DNA of 64,000 nt from Eledone cirrhosa (GCA_964016885.1 OZ024740.1:286750001-286814000), one strand, 5' to 3'; shown: positions 41,201-55,689, counted from the first letter of the stretch. Made by a program: numbers and translations. The notes: generated by a model from the letters alone, not told the origin.

Positions 41201-42874
41201 AGTTCTAAAGGAGCATATCATCGTTTAACATATAGCATGATGGGCACAACTGACCAAATAAACTCCACATGGTTAAAAGTATGATCATTTTAGATATCGG
41301 TTGACACTGAGTTATGACATGAATTAGCTGCTTCATGAAACTATTGAAAGTAAAAGTTTTTGCTTCAACCCTTTAGCATTTATATTATTATATTTTCATG
41401 GTAAAGTCTTTACCTCACCTAATTATGAGATTGATACCTTAACAGCGGCTGGTTTGAACAGAAAGAGAAGAGATTCTGGCCGGATACAGCCGATTTAAAT
41501 GCTAAAGGGTTTAATCATTTGAAATATTAAAAATGTTTTAAGGTTCTGAGAGTTTTCATTTATAACCAATCAGTAAGTACATAGGAAAAAAAAAAAAATT
41601 CCCAACAATGGATCGAAAATAATTTTTTCTTATTGCTTTGTATTTGCAGAAACACTCCGTGCCTTATATCTTGGAGATAACGATTTTACATTAATTCCTC
41701 CAGAGATTGGAAAGTTTCAAAATTTGCAAATTGTGAGTATGACAAAATGCTTCATGTAGAAACCATTTACAAAGTAAACAATTTATGGTTAAGACATCAG
41801 TAAAATAATATACAATGGATACCCAAAAGAATGAAATGTGTACTTTAAAAAAAGATTTTTTTTTTTACTCAACATTGTGAAAACAAACTGTATAATAGAC
41901 TGAATTGTAGTTAGATTCAATGATCACATATGGCCTAGTATGCTCAGAATAATTAAACGTAGGCTGCTTATGTTGACAGAAACTTTGCAACAAATACACA
42001 ATAGTAAGCAGGCAAAGCACTAACAATGAATTCTTTCCAAAAGTTCCATAGTAACCTAGGTGACCCAATCAACAGTACTGGAGGGTGCTCTTAAAGCATA
42101 ACAGCCAGAGTAAGAACTGGATAAAATTTAGAGTTATTACCTCTGCTACTAACAAAAGATAGATATGATGCTTGTGTACAAACTGCAATATTGCACGATA
42201 GCACAACTTGGCCATTGAATAAAAAAAAGGATGTGTGAAAGAAATCAAGCATGCTTTTGCTCGATGTGTAATGTCTGTATCTTGTCATTCCTGCCAAAAC
42301 AGGCAATCTGATGTAGTGTACTAGAGAGAAGTCTGCTGAAATATGTATTGAAAACTGATGACAAAACATCCAACCCAAGTAACCATGGGGAAAAACTGCA
42401 GGTTTTAGTCCAAATTCAAACCAAATGTTCTGACACCCTTATTCAAGTGGTCTATTTATCCAACTAAACAGTTGTCAAAGTATGTTTATAGACACTTGCC
42501 CGAGAGGCATATAAAAAAATATTTAACTGCACTGGTGTAAAAGGATTATTAAATGTGTCAGCTACATTTAAGTGCAAAAAGAATATTGGGAGAGCTACAG
42601 AGGATGTTGAGCGTTATCTAGGGATTATGTATAGAAAAAGTTCTGGTAACAGTATCATGATATGTGAATAAGAGACATGGTTTATGGAGCAGAAGTCTGG
42701 AAAGAATGGGATTGAAAATGTTCCACTGGATGAGTGGAGTAATACAATGATTTGCAGAGCATGATGGATGTTGTGAAGAGACGTAATTGGGCCATGTGTT
42801 GAAAAGAGTGATGGATATCTAAAAGACCAGGGGTTTGGTGAGTGAGGATGCAGACAAGCATGGTTAACCTCTGC

Positions 42875-42906
<32 letters not shown>

Positions 42907-44076
42907 CATTTTAATGGTAAAGTAGAGAATATTTTTTTTTTCTTTTTTGTAGTTGTCTTTAAGAGATAACGACCTTCATACTCTTCCTAAAGAGATAGGC
43001 AACCTTCAACGCCTAAGGGAATTATACATTCAAGGTAATCGTCTGAGTACTTTACCACCTGAACTAGGTAAGATTCATTTTCTAGTAAATGGTGCAATGT
43101 TTACAAATTTCATCTATTACTATTTTTATAAAATACAACCTGAACCTTTGAATTACATCAGACATGTCTACCCAGTTCCACTCACAAAGCTTTGGTTGCA
43201 ATAGTGACTTCAAAGCTGGAACCTCATGACAATGTTTTATCCATATTTACAAACAAAAGCTTTTATTTGAAAATTATTTCTTTACAGGGCAACTTGATCT
43301 ATATGGAACAAAACAAATCTTTCGGTGTGAAAATAACCCATGGGTAGCTCTGATTGGTGATCAACTACAAATTGGTGTATCACATGTTTTTGAATATATT
43401 CGGTCTGATAAATATAGATAGTAAGTATGCAACTCAATTTTTTTTAATGGTTATAAATATCTTATCCATTTGTCTGTCTCAGACTTATTGAGTGAAACAC
43501 AGGCCTAGAAAAATATGAAGCAATTATGCTCCATTGGATTGGTAATGGGAATCAGATGTAGGACATCAATTGTATAATATAAAATGTCAAACACTTGAAA
43601 GAAGTTGATATCAAGAGACAGAAGCTAACAAAGAATCCTAATGGCACCAGGTTGTACTGGAGAAAACTACCTACTTATGCAAGCAGAGCAAAACGGCAAG
43701 TATGATGGTCAGGGGTGTATTTCTTCCTATTATCACATCTTACTAGCAACCAGCATGTAACTGCCCCATCATTTTTTTTTTACCTTCTCAACCATGTTGA
43801 GTAGGGAGGGATAATGTCTTTAATACTGGTGCCATAAAATACTCTGCACGGCAATTGCTATGAGGAAAAGTATCCACCTAGACTAAATTTTAAAGCAAAA
43901 TTGTTTTCCCTGACACATAGAAAGTGGATGTAAGGTGAATTTTAGATTTGCTAAAAGCAATAATTCCTTCAATATACATTTTCTTATCTTTTAGTTTATA
44001 TGGCCGTCACATGGAAGCTAAACCTGAACCAGCGCAACGAAAAACAGAACGACCAAAAAAATATACTAAAAAGTGA
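35211..44076 (+). CDS. RSU1: Ras suppressor protein 1 (LRR protein), 9 coding exons, 270 aa
   Basis: Exons 35211-35319, 37075-37125, 37881-37948, 38176-38228, 39877-39995, 41650-41732, 42953-43067, 43288-43420 and 43995-44076. All GT-AG and phase-consistent (813 nt). Peptides [52 protein letters not shown] and [19 protein letters not shown]. Confidence 0.96.
36285..36420. repeat. Two head-to-head SINE fragments forming an inverted repeat
   Basis: 36324-36363 is the reverse complement of 36379-36418 (39/40 match), with a 15-nt spacer. Confidence 0.9.
41369..41509 (-). mobile_element. piggyBac-type MITE
   Basis: TIR CCCTTTAGCATTTA at both ends; same family as 61736-61934 in the opposite orientation. 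Confidence 0.75.
42040..42330 (+). mobile_element. RTE LINE fragment in an RSU1 intron
   Basis: Similar to the YLGD.IS..GGC / ELLPLL region of the other copies. Confidence 0.55.
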
Positions 44077-44320
44077 AACCAAAGCAGGAATTCCTTAAAT
44101 ATTGCTGCTGTATATCCAAATATTTTTCGTTCCCACTTCAATTTAGGCAACAGTATCAATATACTTCTATGGCTAAATATTAGATATCTACATGAGATTT
44201 ACATTATATATAAAGTATGTTTCATCTTCAAATCAGAAGGGGACAAAATTTCATAATACTTTTGCCAAAACTATTCATAAACAAACTTTCAGAACTCATC
44301 TAGGAAAATTGCTTGGCATG

Positions 44321-44392
44321 AATAAAAATGTATAAAATTTAGTTATTTGTACAGTAATAAAAAATTTTAAACAGCACATTTCAATGTTTATT
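44321..44392. terminator. Convergent polyadenylation signals for RSU1 (+) and possibly BZW (-)
   Basis: AATAAA on + at 44321 and 44356; AATAAA on - at 44387-44392. Confidence 0.45.
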
Positions 44393-45166
44393 TTAATTTC
44401 AAATCTTCCCTTCATCATAGTATCAGTTAAAACAAGTCCCACTTCTAACTAGCATGAATTCAATCATTTCATTAGAAGTTTAAAAGTCCATTTATGACAA
44501 ATTGTTAAATTGACAAAAAAATTTTAAATTCAAAAAAAAAAAAAAAAAAAAAACCTTCAAATGGAATGTCAAATTAAATGGGAAAAACACAAGAGTTTGG
44601 AAAATTGAATTACCATTAGACACTTTTATTAGAAGTTCTGTCACTTACAAAAACTGTTTTTCAAGTAGAAAAATGTCCACCATATTTATTCCTCTAACAA
44701 TTTTACTACCAAACCAATCTGTACAACCAGAGATCATAAGTGTTCTGGTATGTTATCAAGTTAATCACTTTCTGTATCTGTCTCTTTGGGAGAAGGAAAA
44801 TATTTCAATGTGAAATTATAGACAAAAGTAAGAGAGGAGATGCAGTCACAAAAGCAGTTTAAAAAAAAAAAAAAAATTTACATGTAAACTAAACAATACT
44901 TTTATGAAAAATTGTGAAAACATAAGTGAAATGACAAAGTGAAAGCTTTGTATGCAATTTCATAACTTTTATTGCAAAACCCAACACCTATGTAAAAGGT
45001 TCTGGGAGTTTCGCAAATTTCTATTAGTCCAAATCCAAAATAGTTATTTCTTCTGGGCTTATATGCTGTAGGAATAAGTAAAAATCTTTTGGCAGTATCA
45101 GTCTGTTAACAATTGTAGTAGTAGTAGTAGAGGGACCATGTTGCTGAACTTGGTAAGTGCCCCATA

Positions 45167-48100
45167 CTAATCAGATTCTGGAAAAAAAAATAAAAAATAA
45201 AAAAAAGTTAACTAAACTTGAACATTTTAAAAGAAATTTAAAATTAACTTGATAAAAGTAAATAAATTTCACCTTCTTCAGCACTCTTCAGCCATTCCAC
45301 AAAATTTTTCATTTGGTTAACGAAGATACCTTTTCCTTTTGTAGAAGGGCTATCACAATACCACTTTAGGACCACATCTTCAGACAGGACCTCAGCTTTA
45401 AGTTGAAAAAAGTTTAAATTGTATAGCAGGTGCCTACACGAATATAACAGCATCTAATTTATTGTCCTTATCAAATATTATGCAATCTACACAATTTAGA
45501 AAGAGACTAAGCAATGTACAGAAGTATTAAGTATACTCTTAACCATCTAGTATTGAAGCATTATAAAACGAATTAAGAAATAAAGTTCAATTGAAACTTC
45601 TGGCATTCTTGGCCCCTGGACCACACCCGTACTGACTACTATTGGAGCATAGTTGGCCGCCCACAAGTGCAAGCCCCGTGAGGTGGAGTGGCTATTCCAG
45701 TGCATCCCTCAGAGGCAATGTATTTTCCATCATGTCGGCTGGGACCCAGAGGCAGAAGGTAAGTTAGTTGGAAATGGAGGATACTCGTTCAGATGCCACT
45801 TTCTATATCTTTAAAACTTTGTTTAAGGGTAATGCAATTTTATAAACCTTAAAAAAGAAAAAAAAAAATACAAATCAGGTAACTGTTTTGGCGTCTTATC
45901 TTTTATCTTGCATGGTGTATTCTTTCTACCAGTAATTTTTATATTAGTTTTGCTATCTTTGTGTGTATATTTAGGATCAATGTCAAATGACATAGCTATT
46001 ATCATTTTTGTTTACTGAGCAGTAGTGAGCGTTGGTTAAAGAAAATACTTACATTTATAAAAGAGTATTATAATTTTTTGAAACACCTTCATAAAATTGA
46101 TATTGTCGTAGCAGTATTCTTGGATCCTCACCATGAGGTTCAGTTCAGATTTTTCAGTTTTTGCTATAGCAGTAAACAGAAGACTGTAATTACGTAAATG
46201 TTTCAGAGCTTGTTCTGCTACGAGTTCCTCTTTTTTGTTCCATTCAACAGTTCCCATTACTGTATTCCATACCTAACAAAAAAAGAATGTTTTGAAACCT
46301 ATAAAATTCCAGCTAGAAACTAACAGTTGATTTTCCTATTATACTTTTTTGTTATAAGTTAAAATGTTAGGAACATACTGTAAATAAAACAAAATTCTCC
46401 CTTGGATGATGATATTCTGAAAATTCAGAGTAGAGTATTTGTTTGAGCATTCATGTTAATGAGATCTTTTTAACATGTCTTAGCTAATGCAAAGTTCATT
46501 AAACGACAGATTTCAGTTTTAAACCAATCAGAATCAGATGGGTTGTCCTATTTGAGGCAAGTCAATGTCAGATGACCGTGTCTTGCTCATAAAGAACCAA
46601 TTTTGGCTTGGTTTCTACAGCTGCATGTTCAAAATCATATTTCCAAGATTAGACATGTAATTCTAGCATTTTCAAAATTATCAAAAACCGTGGAGATTTA
46701 GTAAATATATTTTCATTTATATATGAATTAAGCTGGTATACAGAAATCTTGTAAATGTCATTATCAATTTCAATTAAAGGGTTAATTCTGAATTTAAGAG
46801 AAACTTGCTTACCAAGACAACCATTTCATGATCAGAGAGCTTGTGCTTAGTCATGTACTCTTTTAAATGAGCAATTATCTGCAATAAAAAATATTTTTCT
46901 TAAATTTACAAAACTTTTAAAAAGAAAACATTTCAGCTGTAAACTTTACTAAATCTTTCTTTCATTTCACATGCATGCTTGTGTTAGACAGGTCAGGTAA
47001 CCCACATCTTGCTCATTCAGATCTGTATTTTGGCTTGTTTCTACAGCTCGATGCCCTTTCTAATGCCAACCACATCAGTGTGAATTTGGTTGTTTTAGTG
47101 CCACGATAAAAAAAAAAAAGTACCATTTAACGGTGAATAGGGTACTTTTTTTCGTCATCTCACCAGCACAACCACCTTACAGGGTGGGCTGGGCAGTTTG
47201 TTGTGCCACCAGCATGACCACCTCAAGGTGGATAATGATAGCAATAAAACCAGAATTACTGCAAGAAAGTGAAGTAGCAAGAGATTCTTGAAAATTATAA
47301 AAGAGCACTATGACTAACATTACAAATTAAAAATCTTTAATGCTGCAAATTTTCACAATGATCTGTCCACCAGTAGAGACACTATACTATAAGCACTTGA
47401 ATTAAATTTGTTTTTAGATATTTGTCCTATATCATTACAGGATGTTAAGAGAAAAAAAATTAAGACTATATGAACAACCTCAAATGAATTAAGGGCTGTT
47501 GATACATCTACAATAAGATTGAAAAACACCTAAATTTACTGACTAGATCTTTTTACTAAAAAGTTACAATTGTGAAAGATATGAATTTATAAAATTTTAA
47601 ATGAAACAATTTAATAATACCTCTTTTATAGGTTCATTATCATTAATCATCCTTGCCAAATCCTTTGTAAGCTCTTTCTTCACTTCGGCTGATTGTTGGA
47701 CACGCTAAGAAAAAGAATTTCAAATTATACTTTCATAAATAATTTAACCAATGTAAAAAAATTAAAAAAAATAGCAATTATGATTTAAATATAAAGGAGC
47801 TTGATCAATAACAAAATTTATTTCTAATAAAATGAGATAAAATAACAGATTAAGATTTTTCAAATCAAACTCAATACTTAAGAAAAGTATCCCTTTTAAT
47901 TAAAAATATATAAAATAACTCACTTGTAAATTAGCAACAGAACTAAGTCCAGCTTCTTGGAAATGATTGAGAAAAGCCTCCTGACTGCGTTTATTTATTG
48001 GAAATAGTTCCTGTACAGAAAGTAATATAATAATCTCATTTTAAAAATTTCAAAAATACATTAATAAAGTATGTAAATGTTTATGTATGGGTTTAAAGGA

Positions 48101-51100
48101 AAACTTACCAAAAGGCGGTTTTCAATTTGAGAACGCTTCATAGCGGCACTCACACTATTAATATCTTTTTCATTCAACCATGTTCGGAACATGGTAGTGG
48201 AAAACTCCAACGATAAGCCTTAAAATGAGAAGGGGGGGGAAAAAAGAAAAATTATACAAATATTTTCAAATCTTTAGTATTCTTAATACAGATCAAATAG
48301 AATGAATCAAAATTCATGTGGTGACATGCAAAAAGAATAAGTTTATGATTTAATATACCTTCTTTAACAACATGTTGTTCAAAGAGGCTTGAAAGAATTT
48401 TAGCTGAGCACAGGCCATTTGCCAAGAACAGCCCTGTAATGATAGCCAACTTACAGCGCTCTTCATCACTGTAAGCTTTGAGGTAAATGAGAATCTGCAA
48501 AATAATTGAAATTATTTTTTTTTTTTTTCACATTTCATACAGATTTAGTGTAGAGTTATTAATTCATGTTTATATACTTTTAAGATATATCTGAAGCTAA
48601 GAAAGGAAGGAACAAAAAGTAAAACTGAAAATGCAAGAAAGGCTTTGAGAGAGGAAATACAGTTAAAAGCCTAATAGCAGAAACTGAAACATAACAGCGA
48701 TTGTGTCTGCCAAGTTATATTTCTACTAGTTTTAAAAAATGCTTACAGCTAGGTTAATCTGAGATATCTCATGACAAATCTTTCATTATAATTCTATTTC
48801 CTTAGTTTCTTAATTGCCATCAAAATTGTGTATATTAAATAAAAAAATAAAATTCGCTGTTATTAATTTGGGTATTATTTCTTGCACAATGAGAAAAATG
48901 CAAGCTACACAACCAACAAGTTCAAAAGACAAATTTTAATGTACTATCACAGGTGATAGTGAAAATATTTGTCAGTATTAGTGCGAAATGAAAGTTAAGT
49001 AAATGGAACAATTGGCATCATGCCATAAAATGCCAGTGAGTTTTCATGAAGACAAAACTAAAATAAATTTAATACTTTTCAACCATTACTAGCCGAATAC
49101 AATAAAGAAAACTTGCTCAAAACAACAATTTTATGCAATGCCTGTGTTTAGACAACTATATAGTAAACTTTTTAGATTTATTTATGGCATTAAAATTTTC
49201 ATTCTTTGTGTGTAATCCTATTATATAATGCTCATTTATTTTCACATAGGCACAAAGTCTAGTGGTTATGGTGTTGGCCTCACAATCAAAGTTGTGAGCT
49301 CAATTGTGGGACTAAGTGAAACAAAATATTCCATTTTCATGTTGCTTCACTTTATTTCCACATTGCCCCATCTGCCAGGAGTTGCAGCCTGCAGATAGCA
49401 TCAGCAGTGGAAACACTTTCTATGGTCCGATCTAACGATTAACTCCCCCTTTTTATTGCTTTATTTCACCATATATTTTTGTTTCCAAATTTCATATTAA
49501 ATTATAATACTATCAAGAGAAAAAAAAAAAAAATGACAGCTGTTAATCTTAAAAAATTTAATTGTGATTGATAAAAAGTATTGGAAAGTGTATATCAATG
49601 AAGTGTCTTAAGACCTGCAACACACCAATGGTGGGTAGACATAAGACAGCAGCCACATCACCCCAAAAGGCATGCAAATAATCTAATAAAATAAAAAGGT
49701 AATTATATCTATGTCGACAAACAAAAATTGTAAAAGTAGCCACACTTACTTTTTGCAACTCATCTTCAAAAGATCTTTCAAGGTACTTATACCGTCTAAT
49801 TAGCTTGAAGAACACCTGAAAAAATTAAAAGGATACAAATATATGCAAACACTTCACATTTACTTCTTTTAGTCAAAATACTTTAATAGATTACATTTGA
49901 ACTGAAGAGTAATATGATTAGTGATAATCATTAAAGGAGCAATTGAAAACTTACTTCATAAAATGCCTTTAATGTTTCTACATTCTCTTTGGCGGTGAAG
50001 ACACATATATCAGCTCGAGAGGGTTTAGTTGGATCAGAATCTTGAACAATTAACCCACCAGGTGCTTTAAAAAGGGGGGGAAAAAAAAAAAAAAAAAAAA
50101 AAATTTCATAATTTCATTTTTTTAAATAAAAATAAAACCACAACTCTAGGTACTGTATGTAATGAAGGTTTTGAATAGACAACTTGTTTGAATGTCTAAT
50201 AGAACTAGACACAAAAATATCAAACACCTATCATTGTGACAGTTTTTTTTAACAGCCATGTACACCGTGGGTAGAAAATTGGCAGAGCAGATCTAAAGAA
50301 TACTGCAAAAGTATTCTTTCGAACTTTGCGCGCTGTGTTCTCATCCTACTGAGGTCAATTTTGCCTTTTATTTTTTCAGAACTGAAGAAGCAGTATGTAT
50401 TTTACTTATGCAATAAGATATATTTAGTTATCAATTAGATGGCAAAGAGTTAAAAATAGTTTGAATAAATTTAGTAACACAGTAATGAAAGAGTTAAACA
50501 CTAAGTATCAATACAATAATTTATTTCCCCATATCTCCTCTGGATGAAACTGACTATGTTCAAACCTGAAGGGAGATGGGCTTTGCCAGGAGTTATAGGT
50601 TCATTCATACATAAGCTCTGATTAAAAACTGGATAATAGTTATTAACTGGAAAGTCACCATAACATTTACTTGAAAGCTGAACTTAGAGATGAAGTGAAG
50701 TAAAATATTTAAAATAAAAAAAAAATAAAATAAAACGTCAGCATTCATTGAAATACTAGAAATTGTTGACAAAGTGTTAATTCTTTAAGCTCTGATCACA
50801 AGATGTCTCATGACTAAAATCTGAAAAAAAACAAAAAAAAAAAAAATACTGAGAGCCAAGTATAGCTCTTAATATTAAACTATTATTGCTTTAACAGTTC
50901 CAATGACAAGAGGCTTTCTTTTTTCAAGATGCTAAAAGTATTTTCTTTATTTTGTCAGTAGCAGTGAAAATGAATAAAGATGACAAAGATGTAAACACAG
51001 AGCAATCAATTCTATGCAGTAAACAGACCAATGTTTACAAAATCAATACCAAGATAAATTATGATTAAGGACACCAATAAATATTCCAAATGTATAAATC

Positions 51101-53279
51101 ATCACCATAATGGAAAATGGCACTATAAAAATGAACTGAAAGCAGATGAAAATGGCACCAACCAATGATCTACTACAGGTTCATTGTATCGTGAATCTAA
51201 ATTACAAAAATGTTTAAAAACTTTCTGTAACTTAACTAAGAACAGGGTGGGAAAAGTTTAGGTTGTATACTTGTAAATAAAGTTTCATACTGCAAGGTAG
51301 TGTAACAGAGGCATTGCATTTTGAAGCTAGCACACTCCACTGATTGTGTAATATTAGTGTGCATGAACAAAAATGAACAGGGTAAGTGCTAAGCGAAACC
51401 AAGTGCAAAGAACTTGAAGAGAAGTCATGGAAAGAAGTGAAAGCTTAAGAGATCAAACCTAACAAAGGTGGTGAAGGACTGCCAGAAAAAGCAAAACACA
51501 TTGGAGGACCAATGAAAAACAATGTAAAATAAACTGTATTCAGTTTTATTTTGTCGATTCTTTGCAAAAGTAAACTGAATAAGGAGATTGAGAAATAACC
51601 AACACCTAGCACTTCAATTAGTTGCTATACATTATTTTTGTATACTAAATATAATTTAGCATATTACAAACCAAACTATTCCAAGCTTTACCAGATATGA
51701 ACTGAGGGAGGCTGTAAGCAGTTGATAGTCATGATTAGATTGCCCTTGGTTATAGTCCTGTTCAATCAGGGCAGATTTGAAATTGTAAGGATTCGGTAAT
51801 ATAACTATTTTTTTTCTTTACTAAGCTAGTGTTTGAAATAAAAGGTTCTTAAAATTATAGAATGTTTTTAAATGTGTATATATATATATAGACACATATA
51901 TACACACAGAGATCTTTGGCACCACGCAGTAATACAGAAGACCCGCCTTGCCTATGTACAAAGCGAAACCTACAGTCAGTAGGCACCTCTTAACCAAATA
52001 TATACCCCAACCCACTACCCCTACTCCCACCACCCTTTCTCTGTAAAGTTGGTACCACAACATCTAGTTCAAATTAATATGATAATGAGATCGAGATCGT
52101 GTAGGTGTCAGGAAAAAAAAAAACCAGTCCACGCTGTAATGTGGCCGTGTAGGTAACATGGTAAAAATTTCCCAGTCCACACTGTAAATAAGGTTGGTGT
52201 TAGGAAGGGCATCTAACCGTAGAAAACCTGCCAGATAGTCCTATACGAGCAAGACACGGTCACCCGACCAATCTTGCCTCAAATTGGGACAACTATCTAA
52301 ACCATGCTAGCGTGGAAGATGAAACGATGATGACACACACACTTTAAAATAAAGTTTTGTTTTGTAGAACCAGGGACAGTTAGGTTTCAAAGGTGATAAA
52401 CAACTACTCATTCCAGAATAGAAAAAAAAAACATGGATATAAAGCTTTTATAATTTTGTTGCAAAAGGTTCACTGAATATTTACAGGTATGATACCAACA
52501 AAAATATGAAGCTCACTCATACTTTCACATATACAAAATTCAAATTAGATCGTTGTCATTCACACTGCATGGCTTTCAAGAACTTATGGGTGGATTCAAC
52601 ATCCAGCCCCCAAAACACCTGTCAAAAGGAGATACTGCAAAAAAAGTTTGCATTCTACTGATAAAGTTAATGCAAACTTCATTGTAAATGCAAAATCATT
52701 CTGAAGTTCAGTTGAAGAAATTGATTTTTACATAAAACCAAGACTTATACAGACCCAAACTTCCTTCAACAAAGGACTAAAATGTCAAACTCTTCAATTT
52801 AAAATTCAGAGCTCAGGTGGCAATATGTATTTTACTTATTTGTTTATCAATTTAGATGACAAAATAAAAACTTAACTCTTCATACCAGCACAGGTTGGTA
52901 TCAATGTATTTAATGTATTAAGAAATAGGTTCATGAAAGAGTTACACACTAACTATCTATACTACAAATAATTGATGTATAACTATCTTTCAACAAATAC
53001 AACAGAAATTTTTATCAAGAAAAAGAAAAACTTACCTAATTGTCCTCCAGTAAATAAGATATCAAACAGCACCTCAGCATAACGACGATAATCAAGACGC
53101 GAACCAGCAGTATCGAGATACTTACTAACCTTTAAAGAAAACATTTACAATTAGTCCCATTCAATAAATTATTTTACTATGTAAATAATGTTTTCTAGCC
53201 CACTAATATTTGAGGGTTGTGACACACAGCCAACTTCATATCGGAAAATTGTATTCAAATCATATCAGTAACAAATAGG

Positions 53280-53310
<31 letters not shown>

Positions 53311-54740
53311 CAATACTGCAAAGCTTTAAGTACAATAGCACTGATGAGTCTGGAGTCTAAAACTGACACCTACAGCTAGTGTATTTTGTTATTAACGTGT
53401 TTGCCTATGTCTACTGGGCCAACAATCTTAATTTACAACTAAAAATGTTTGAATGATCACATAAAGAGTCCTAATTATAGATATAGAACAAAGATTGACA
53501 TACAGTAGTAGTACTGTTTCACACTCCATTTAGTCAATGGAGCAGCCATGTACCAATTGCAATATATAGATTTAAGTATTTTCCCCCCACTACTAGGATT
53601 TCGACACTGATGTTATTGCACACACTTCAGTTAAAAATGATCACTGAAGTAACAAGATTGCCAAAGTGAAATTACCAAAAGAATCCTAACTATAAACCAG
53701 CAAATAAAATGGTAAATACAGCCCTTACCTGCTCTAAATCATTTGAACAGTCATTCAAGCCTAAAATAATGGCATCACGAAACGATGAAGGATCGTATTT
53801 TTCTTTTTCATCTGATAGGAAAATAAATATTTTATTAGTCAAAATATAAACAATTTGAAGAAATAAAAGACAAAACTTATCACAACTAAGACAATTAATG
53901 AAAGGATCTTCAAATATGAAATTGAAATAAACAGGTTACACTTTTCAAGTAGTATCAAAAGGCTTCCTGGACTAGTTCTGTAGCCTGCCAACACATGGTT
54001 GCACATGCAATGAGCTAGCAGTGAGCTTCATGCGCCAGTGTGTTGAGTGACATTGCTGTGTTTACTTCGCAAGTTATGAAATTTGTTACAGAGACACTGA
54101 GCATGCTTTGGCAAGTTTACGGTGACAAAGCAAAGTTTCTAGTGGCACAGGCACTTCAAAAGTGGAAGAACATCCCTGGAAGATGACGGGCGACCTGGAA
54201 GACCCACCACGAGCAACACCCCCGGAAGTGTGGAAAAAAATCAGCAACGTTTGAGGCATTTGAGGGAGGATATTTAGCGAAATCAACCAGATCTGTAGAG
54301 CACAAAGAATTGGATTCTCCGTGACAACAATGCACCCTGTCACTGAGCTTTCCTCACTCGAGTTTCTCACCAAAAACATTGTACTGCTCCTGCCCCAGTC
54401 ACCAATTTAGCACCTGCAGACTTCCATCTCTTCTCCAAGCTGAAAATGCAGCTCAAAGGTTGCTGTTTTAACACCACTGCCAAGTCCAGAGCAAATTGCA
54501 GGTCCTCAACTCACTCACAAAAAATGATTTCGAGGTTGGATTCCAAAAATGGCAGGAACACTGAGACCAGTGTATTGCTGTGCAAGGTGACTATTTCAAA
54601 GGAGATGATGTTATAACTTAGGTAAATAGTTTTTTTTTTAAACATAAGTAGTCCATGCACTTTTTGATACCACTTTGTATGTGGGTTTAGCTGGTCTTCT
54701 CAGAAGTTATGTCATAGGTTTCTTGGGCGTTTTATAGAAG

Positions 54741-54780
<40 letters not shown>

Positions 54781-55689
54781 TTATCATCATCGATTAACAT
54801 ACATCTTCCACGCTTGCATGGGTTAGACAAGTCCCATTTAGCGGCAAGTTGTGTCGGGTGACCGTGTCTCGCTCATATAGGAGTGTTTCTGGCTGGTTTT
54901 CTACGATTGGATGCCCTTTCCTAACGCCAACCACATTAACAGTGTGGGCTGGGTGCTTTTTTGCCGTGTCTATATATATATATATGTATATATATATATA
55001 CATACATTACATACACACACAAGTTTCACTCATTGGACTGTAGCCATACTGTAATCAACCCCAGTACATATTTTACCAATCTTTATTTTTGTCAAACCAC
55101 TAAGTTTGCTGTGACTAATGTAAACAGACATGATGGGCTTCCACAGTTTCCATTTAACAAATTTCACCCACAAGGCATTGGTCAATGCACGACTCCTTAA
55201 CCACTGAGACTGCACACACGTGTATATATATGGGTGGGTGCAGGCATGAGTGAGAATGTGATTAAGACCTCTTTGCAACCATGTAAGCTTGGGTTCTACC
55301 TCACTGCATGGAATCTTGAGAAATTGCCTACTATGGCATCGAACCAACCAAGATGGCAACTATAGGGAAGTTTGTTGTGTATATGTGTGCGTGAGTGTTT
55401 GTCTCTTCCTTTCTCTCACTCAATATCGCAAGCGCTGACATTTGCAAATATTCTGCATAAACAGATCCCACTACTTTGCTGGTAGATGTATGAAGATCTG
55501 CACCTCAGATCAGCCATGGATTAGCGTCAATAAATCAACCACAAAAAAGTCTCGTCTAAGCAATGAGAGCATGGAAAAACGGACGTTAAAATTAAGATAT
55601 TCATTTTAAGAAGCAAAATATACTTTACCCCTCTTTCTAGTCTTCAGCCGCTGGCCTGACAATATGGGTTTTGGGGCCTTCTGACTCAT
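45167..55689 (-). CDS. BZW1: Basic leucine zipper and W2 domain protein / eIF5-mimic protein (BZW1/BZW2, krasavietz orthologue), 13 coding exons, 416 aa
   Basis: Exons 55689-55629, 53811-53729, 53129-53036, 50064-49955, 49815-49750, 48494-48359, 48218-48109, 48010-47924, 47704-47621, 46878-46813, 46272-46053, 45395-45273 and 45177-45167 (1251 nt, GT-AG, phases consistent). Peptides [58 protein letters not shown] and [13 protein letters not shown]. Confidence 0.96.
52085..52335 (+). repeat. SINE-like repeat, close inverted copy of 14150-14415
   Basis: High identity to the reverse complement of 14165-14412. Confidence 0.8.
53948..54678 (+). mobile_element. Mariner transposon remnant, internally deleted
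   Basis: Imperfect TIRs CAAGTAGTATCAAAAGG..GGACTA / TAGTCC..TTTTTGATACCACTTTG. Transposase remnants [25 protein letters not shown] and CIAVQGDYF. Confidence 0.8.

Noticed and set aside
50950-51100. Possible C/D snoRNA in a BZW intron (GTGATGA...CTGA on minus)
   Set aside because: The boxes are about 140 nt apart, with no terminal stem or recognisable rRNA complement.
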